Translations under genes and position numbers: made by a program
Assembly: GCA_963836075.1 (NCBI GenBank)
Contig: CAWIIB010000009.1
Span: 992,001-1,056,000 of the forward strand
Length of the DNA stretch: 64,000 nt
Direction: 5' to 3'
From: an uncultured Acidobacteriota bacterium
Lineage (GTDB): Bacteria; Acidobacteriota; JAQAZP01
Shown here: piece by piece, positions 59,010 through 64,000 of the stretch
How positions within the stretch are numbered: position 1 is the stretch's first letter
Layout of the letters: every line of letters begins with the position of its first letter
The notes under the pieces: generated by a model
Told to the model about the DNA's origin: nothing
What the model saw: the letters and a program-made list of their open reading frames with translations, nothing else
Database searches by the model: none

Positions 59010-61502
59010 ATGAAATCCCGTTTCCTGCCCTGGCTGACGCTCATCGTTCTCCCGCTCCTCGTCTTCTGGAAAGCGCTCCTCCTCCGCGGGGCGTTCTTCA
59101 TCCTCGACGCGATGATGCTCAACTACCCGCTGCGGGCCTGGGCCGTGTCGCGGATGCGGGAAGGGCGTCTGCCCCTCTGGTGCCCCGAGATCGCCTGCGG
59201 CTTTCCGCTCTTTGCCGAAGGGCAGGCCGGCGTGTTCTACCTGCCCAACTGGCCGTTCTTCGCCTTGATGTCCACGCACCACGCCGCGGCGTACAGCACC
59301 ATCCTGCACTTCATCCTCGCCGGGCTGTTCACCTACGGCTATCTCCGCGCCCTGCGCTGCCGGCCGGCGGCGGCCCTGCTGGGCGGGCTGGCCTTCCAGT
59401 GGGGCGGGTTCCTGGTTCTGCGGGCGCTGTTCCTCAACCTGGTCAACGTGGTGGTCTGGCTCCCGGCGCTCTGCTGGCTGGCCGAGCGCTGGCTGACCGA
59501 GCCGCACAAACGGCGGAGCAGCACGGCGATGATCATCGCCGTCATCACCCTGGTGCTGCTGGCCGGCCACCCCCAGGCGGCGGTCTACACCCTGGTCTTC
59601 TGGTGGCTCTATTTTCTCTGGCGGGCGCTGCCCCTGTTGGCGGGGGGATGGAAGAACCGGCGTGAGCTCCTCATCCCGCTGCTGCTGGTGCCCATGGCCG
59701 CCATCGGACTGGCCGCGGTGCAGCTGCTGCCAACCCTGGAACTGACCGGGGCCAGCGCCCGGGCCGGGACGATTCCCGAGGCGCTGCTGATGGACGGTTC
59801 GCTGCCGCCCAGCCACCTGATGGCGCTGCTGGTCCCCGACCTGTTCGGCGAGCCGGCGGACGGCTCGTGGCGCGCCGGGGCCGACGGTTTTTACTGGGAA
59901 CTGCAGGCCTGGCCGGGGATCGTCCCGCTCTTTCTCGCCCTGCTGGCCGCGCTGGCCCTGCGCGCGCCGCCGGCCCGTTTCCACGCCGCGGCGGCGCTCT
60001 TCGCCCTGCTGCTGGCCATGGGCAAGTACACCCTGTTCGGCAAACTGCTGGTCTGGCTGCCGCTGCTGCAGAACTTCCGCATCCCGGCCCGCTTCCTCTT
60101 CCTCTTCGGCTTCCCGGTTGCCGTGCTGGCCGGGCTGGGTCTGGAGGCGCTGCTCACCGCTGCCCGCCGGCAGGACGAAGGGCCGCTCTGGAACCGGCCG
60201 GCGCTCCGCCGGGCGTGCCTGGCCTTTGCCGTGGCGCTGCTGCTCAGCGTCGCCGCCCCGCTGGTGGCCAACGGCACCGCCCTGTTCGATGCCGAAGCTC
60301 TCCGTGGCGGCCCGCACCTGGTGCGCGACCTGGTCCTCGCCTCGGTGCTGGCACTGACGTTCGGTGCATTGATCCTCTGCGCCCACCGCACGCGGCGCGG
60401 CCCGGCGCTGCTGGCGGTTGGCGCCGTCCTGCTCACCCTCCTCGACCTGGGCCTCCACGGCTGGTTTTACAACCGGACCATCGACCCGGCGGTCTACCGG
60501 GCCTCGCCCAGAACCGTCTGCCTGGCGATCCAGGAGGTCGGCGGACGGGGGCAGCTGCGGGTGGCCGGGCTGGTCAATGACGGCAACTCGGCCTTCCGCT
60601 GGCACGACGGCTGGGGCCTGGACCTGTCGAGCTACCTTGGCTACTTCTCCACCCTGCACATGTACGGCCCGGCCTCCTTCGGCCTGGAGACCGCCTGCTT
60701 CGACGCCTGGAGCCCGCTGCAGATCCGCCACTACCGCGAGCTGAACCGTTTGCCCCTGGACCGCCTGCTCGACCTGGCCGGTGTGGGGATCGTGGCCGCC
60801 CCGCGGCTGCCGGCTGAGCGCTACGAACCGCTGCTGGAGGAGCGAGGCTTCACCCTCTACCGCAACCCCGACCCGATCCCCCGGGTCCGCCTGGTCCACC
60901 GGGCCTGGCTGCGTGACCGGCTGCCGCTGATGATCGACGCCCTGGCCGACCCCTCTTTCGACCTCCAGCGCGATATCCTCCTCGAGGAGGAGGTCAGCGA
61001 AACCGGCGGGACCGGCGATGCATCGGCGGACGGGCCGGTGGAGGAGTGGGCGCGGATCGTCCGCTACGAGGATGCCCGGATGGAAGTGGAGTTCGAGGCC
61101 GCGGAAAAGGGGTGGCTCTGGCTCGGTGATGCCTGGTACCCCGGCTGGGAGGCCGAACTGGATGTGGAACCGGTGGAGATCCTGCGGGCCAACGCGGCCT
61201 TCCGTGCTGTCCCCGTCCCTGCCGGACGGCACACGGTGGTCTTCCGTTACCGGCCAAGGTCTCTGAAAATCGGGGCCTGGATCAGCGTTCTCTCCGGCCT
61301 TATCCTGCTGCCGCTGGCCCTGCTGCTGGCCGGACGGGTCACCCTGGAGCCGCTGCGGGACAAGCAGCCGCCCGCGGCCAGGGGGAAGCGGCTGCGCCTG
61401 GCAGTCCTTGCCGCCATCCTCATCGTTCTGCTGGTCTCCGTGGCTCTTCGCTGGCCGCTCTGGAGGGCGGCATTCGAGGGGTTGAAACTGCCACTGTTGT
61501 AG
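59010..61502 (+). CDS. YfhO-family integral membrane protein (GT-C-like)
   Basis: D...NYP...GRLPLWCP..ACGFPLFA, LAGHPQ, AAVQLLP, FRIPARF, and C-terminal WYPGWEA...RANAAFRAVPVPAGRHTVVFRYRP. Confidence 0.88.
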   Translation: MKSRFLPWLTLIVLPLLVFWKALLLRGAFFILDAMMLNYPLRAWAVSRMREGRLPLWCPEIACGFPLFAEGQAGVFYLPNWPFFALMSTHHAAAYSTILHFILAGLFTYGYLRALRCRPAAALLGGLAFQWGGFLVLRALFLNLVNVVVWLPALCWLAERWLTEPHKRRSSTAMIIAVITLVLLAGHPQAAVYTLVFWWLYFLWRALPLLAGGWKNRRELLIPLLLVPMAAIGLAAVQLLPTLELTGASARAGTIPEALLMDGSLPPSHLMALLVPDLFGEPADGSWRAGADGFYWELQAWPGIVPLFLALLAALALRAPPARFHAAAALFALLLAMGKYTLFGKLLVWLPLLQNFRIPARFLFLFGFPVAVLAGLGLEALLTAARRQDEGPLWNRPALRRACLAFAVALLLSVAAPLVANGTALFDAEALRGGPHLVRDLVLASVLALTFGALILCAHRTRRGPALLAVGAVLLTLLDLGLHGWFYNRTIDPAVYRASPRTVCLAIQEVGGRGQLRVAGLVNDGNSAFRWHDGWGLDLSSYLGYFSTLHMYGPASFGLETACFDAWSPLQIRHYRELNRLPLDRLLDLAGVGIVAAPRLPAERYEPLLEERGFTLYRNPDPIPRVRLVHRAWLRDRLPLMIDALADPSFDLQRDILLEEEVSETGGTGDASADGPVEEWARIVRYEDARMEVEFEAAEKGWLWLGDAWYPGWEAELDVEPVEILRANAAFRAVPVPAGRHTVVFRYRPRSLKIGAWISVLSGLILLPLALLLAGRVTLEPLRDKQPPAARGKRLRLAVLAAILIVLLVSVALRWPLWRAAFEGLKLPLL

Positions 61503-61614
61503 ATCGGGATGATCTTCAACGCCTTCCCGGCGAGAAATTTTTTTACAATTGACCACTATTCATGGACAATAGCCTCGAGGCAGGCACATTCGCTGCCGGC
61601 AAGGAGGAGAGCCC

Positions 61615-64000
61615 ATGAATCGTCCACCGCAATGGTGCTGTTGTCTGCTCGTCCTGCTCCCGGCCCTGCTGCTGGCGCTTGCCGGACCAGCCGCGTCTTT
61701 CGCCGCCGACCCGTTTCGCTTCGATGCCGCACGTCTCTTCCCCGCCGGCGACTGGCCCAGAAACAAAGTGCTGGAAGATCTGGATGGCGACGGGAACCTC
61801 GATCTGGCCGTGGCCTGTTATGGCGGTGACGAAGTGGCGTTCATGCTGGGAAACGGTGATGGAACGTTCAACCCTCCCAGCGGTTTCCCCACAGTATCCA
61901 ATCCCTTTGATCTTGTGGCCGGCGATCTGGACAATGACGGCGACATCGACCTGGTGATCTCGCTCTACCATCTCGATGTGGTCCAGGTCCTGCACAACGA
62001 CGGCAATGCCGGCTTCACCACTGCCGGATGGTTCACCACCGGGGAGCGGCCCATCCGGATGGTGCTGGCCGACCTGGACGGCGACAAGGACCTCGACCTG
62101 GTGGTGCAGATCAGCCCTGCCATCTCGGTGCTGCTGAACAACGGCGACGGCAGCTTTGCCGCCCGGACGACCTATCCCGCTGCAGATAAGATCCCGGGGG
62201 CGTTGCTGGCGGGCGACGTGACCGGCGACGGCCTGCCCGACCTGCTGGCGGGATACCGCTATGATGACTTCTACTATGGTCAGTGGGGCGAGGTCTGGGT
62301 CCTGCCGGGTCTGGGCGACGGCACCTTTGTGGAAGGGCCGGTGCTCACCACCACAACCGGGGTCACGGAGATGGAACTGGCCGACCTGGACGGAGACGGC
62401 CTGTTCGACCTGGTGACCCTGGAGAGCTCTTACGACGATTATTACGGCCTCATCAGCGGAAACCTGAAACAGTACCCGGGGGCTGGGTAACGGCGCCTTC
62501 GGCCCGGAAGCCCTGGTGCGGGCAGGGCGCTACAGATTTCTCGAACTGCTCGACGTCGACGGTGACGGGGGCTTCGACCTGGTGAGCGGTGATGAGGGAC
62601 AGGGCATCGAAGTCTTCCGCGGGACCCCGGATGGTGAGTTTGCGGAACCGGTGATCAGCAACTTCGGAGTGACCCACGAGGATATTGTCTTCGGCAAGAT
62701 CGACGGAGACGGGTTCACCGATCTCGCCGCCAGCATGGGCCGTGATGTGGGTATTCTCCTTGGAGCGGGAAACGGCCGGTTTCGCTGTATCGAGGGGTAT
62801 GAAGGCGGCCGCAATACCCTCTCCCTGGTTCTGGAGGATCTGGACGGCGACGGCGACCTCGATGTGGTGACCGCCAATGACAGCGACTACCTGGTCTCGG
62901 TACTGGAGAACCTGGGCGGCGGGATTTATTCCGAGGCCGGAGATTTTGGCATGGAGGACGACGCGCGGCAGCTGGCTGTCGCCGACTATGACAGTGACGG
63001 CATCCTCGACCTGGCAGTGGTCCGTCTCGATTTTCCCTGTCTGGCCATCCTTCGCGGGCTGGGCGACCTGGAGTATGGCCCGCCTGAATTGCACGATTTT
63101 TCGTTGAGGGGGTGGTCCATTGCCGCCTCCGATCTGGAAGGCGACGGTCACGTCGACCTGCTGCTGTCCAGCCGCGAAAGGGTGCTGGTCCTCCAGGGCG
63201 ACGGTGAGGCCGGGTTCGAGCGGATCGGCACTTGTACCACGGGCCTGTCGGGAAACATTGTCTACATTCTTGCTTCGGACCTGGACAGCGACGGATACGA
63301 CGACCTGGTGGTGGTCAGCGAGGAATACCCCGGCCCGGCCGCCCATGTTTCCGTCTTCCCCGGCGGGGGTGACGGCAGCTTCGGCGCCCCGGTCAGTTAC
63401 CCCGTGCCGTCGTACCCCGTGATGGCCACTGCGGGATTCCTGGACGGAGACCTCCACCCCGACCTGGCGGTGGCCCTCTCCGGGCCGGGGACGGGGTGGG
63501 AGGGGTCGGTCGCACTGCTCTTCGGGACTGGACACGGCAGCTTTGGAGATGCAGTGATCGTTCCGGCCGGCCAGGACACCCGCTGGGTCGGCATCACCGA
63601 TATCAACCATGACGGCGCGGCGGACCTCGTGGCGTCCAACAACTCCACCATGGACATATCGGTCAGCTATGGCGACGGTACAGGTCTGTTCAACTCATAT
63701 GAGAGCTATGTGGCCGGTGCCGGGCCGGCCTCCGCGGCCCTGGGCGATATCGACGGGGACGGGGATCTGGACGTGATCACCGACGGCAGCCACTATTCCT
63801 GGGGCAGCGGCATCACCGTCCTGCGCAACCGGACCGTGGCCAACGATGTGACCCGCGCCTGCATCGTGACCGGGCCGGGTGTGGGGCCGGCAAACCCGCC
63901 GGACGTGCGGCTGTTCGCCGTTCCCGATGTGAGCGCCCCGGCGGCGGAGTGGACGGCCTACGGCGCCACGGGCTATGGCGTCAATGTTGCCGCCGGCGAC
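61615..64000 (+). CDS. Secreted FG-GAP/VCBS repeat protein (frameshift in G run 62478-62482; runs off the right edge)
   Basis: AGGAGG RBS, signal peptide, many DLDGDG..DL repeats. Deleting one G from CCGGGGG restores ...YPGLGNGAFGPE... and the frame continues with further FG-GAP repeats to 64000. Confidence 0.85.

Noticed and set aside
58962-61556. 864-aa minus-strand ORF (and similar long antisense ORFs, e.g. 4521-6407, 22516-24249, 40607-42400, 57010-58722)
   Set aside because: These are shadows of well-supported genes on the opposite strand, expected in high-GC DNA, and show no recognisable motifs.

Overview
GC-rich bacterial window from a diderm (Acidobacteriota-like gene content, which is inference only). 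It contains no rRNA, tRNA or CRISPR array. The left 30 kb is dominated by envelope genes: an AsmA-family gene, several small beta-barrel OMPs, a PlpD-type patatin-POTRA-Omp85 protein, YihY, two DUF1254/DUF1214 proteins, GltS, a 2176-aa TamB-POTRA-Omp85 fusion and a DUF481 OMP. A ~14 kb minus-strand block follows, with two arylsulfatases, two paralogous secreted proteins, MoxR, a HAD hydrolase, DUF58, a PafA-like phosphatase, DUF4381, two VWA proteins, a TPR protein and BatD. The right part encodes MscS, a GLIC-like pentameric ligand-gated ion channel, MltF, a hybrid two-component system, a HAF-propeller secreted protein, YfhO and an FG-GAP protein. The most striking non-coding structure is a Y1 HUH (RAYT-like) transposase with a C-terminal HTH, bounded by ~28-bp inverted repeats (GGGGACGTACATGAATTTATGA...). 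The same end sequence recurs as ~70-80 bp palindromic miniature elements and as solo ends. These sit at gene 3' ends, and two of them supply the host gene's stop codon. Three single-base frameshifts suggest assembly errors or recent pseudogenisation.
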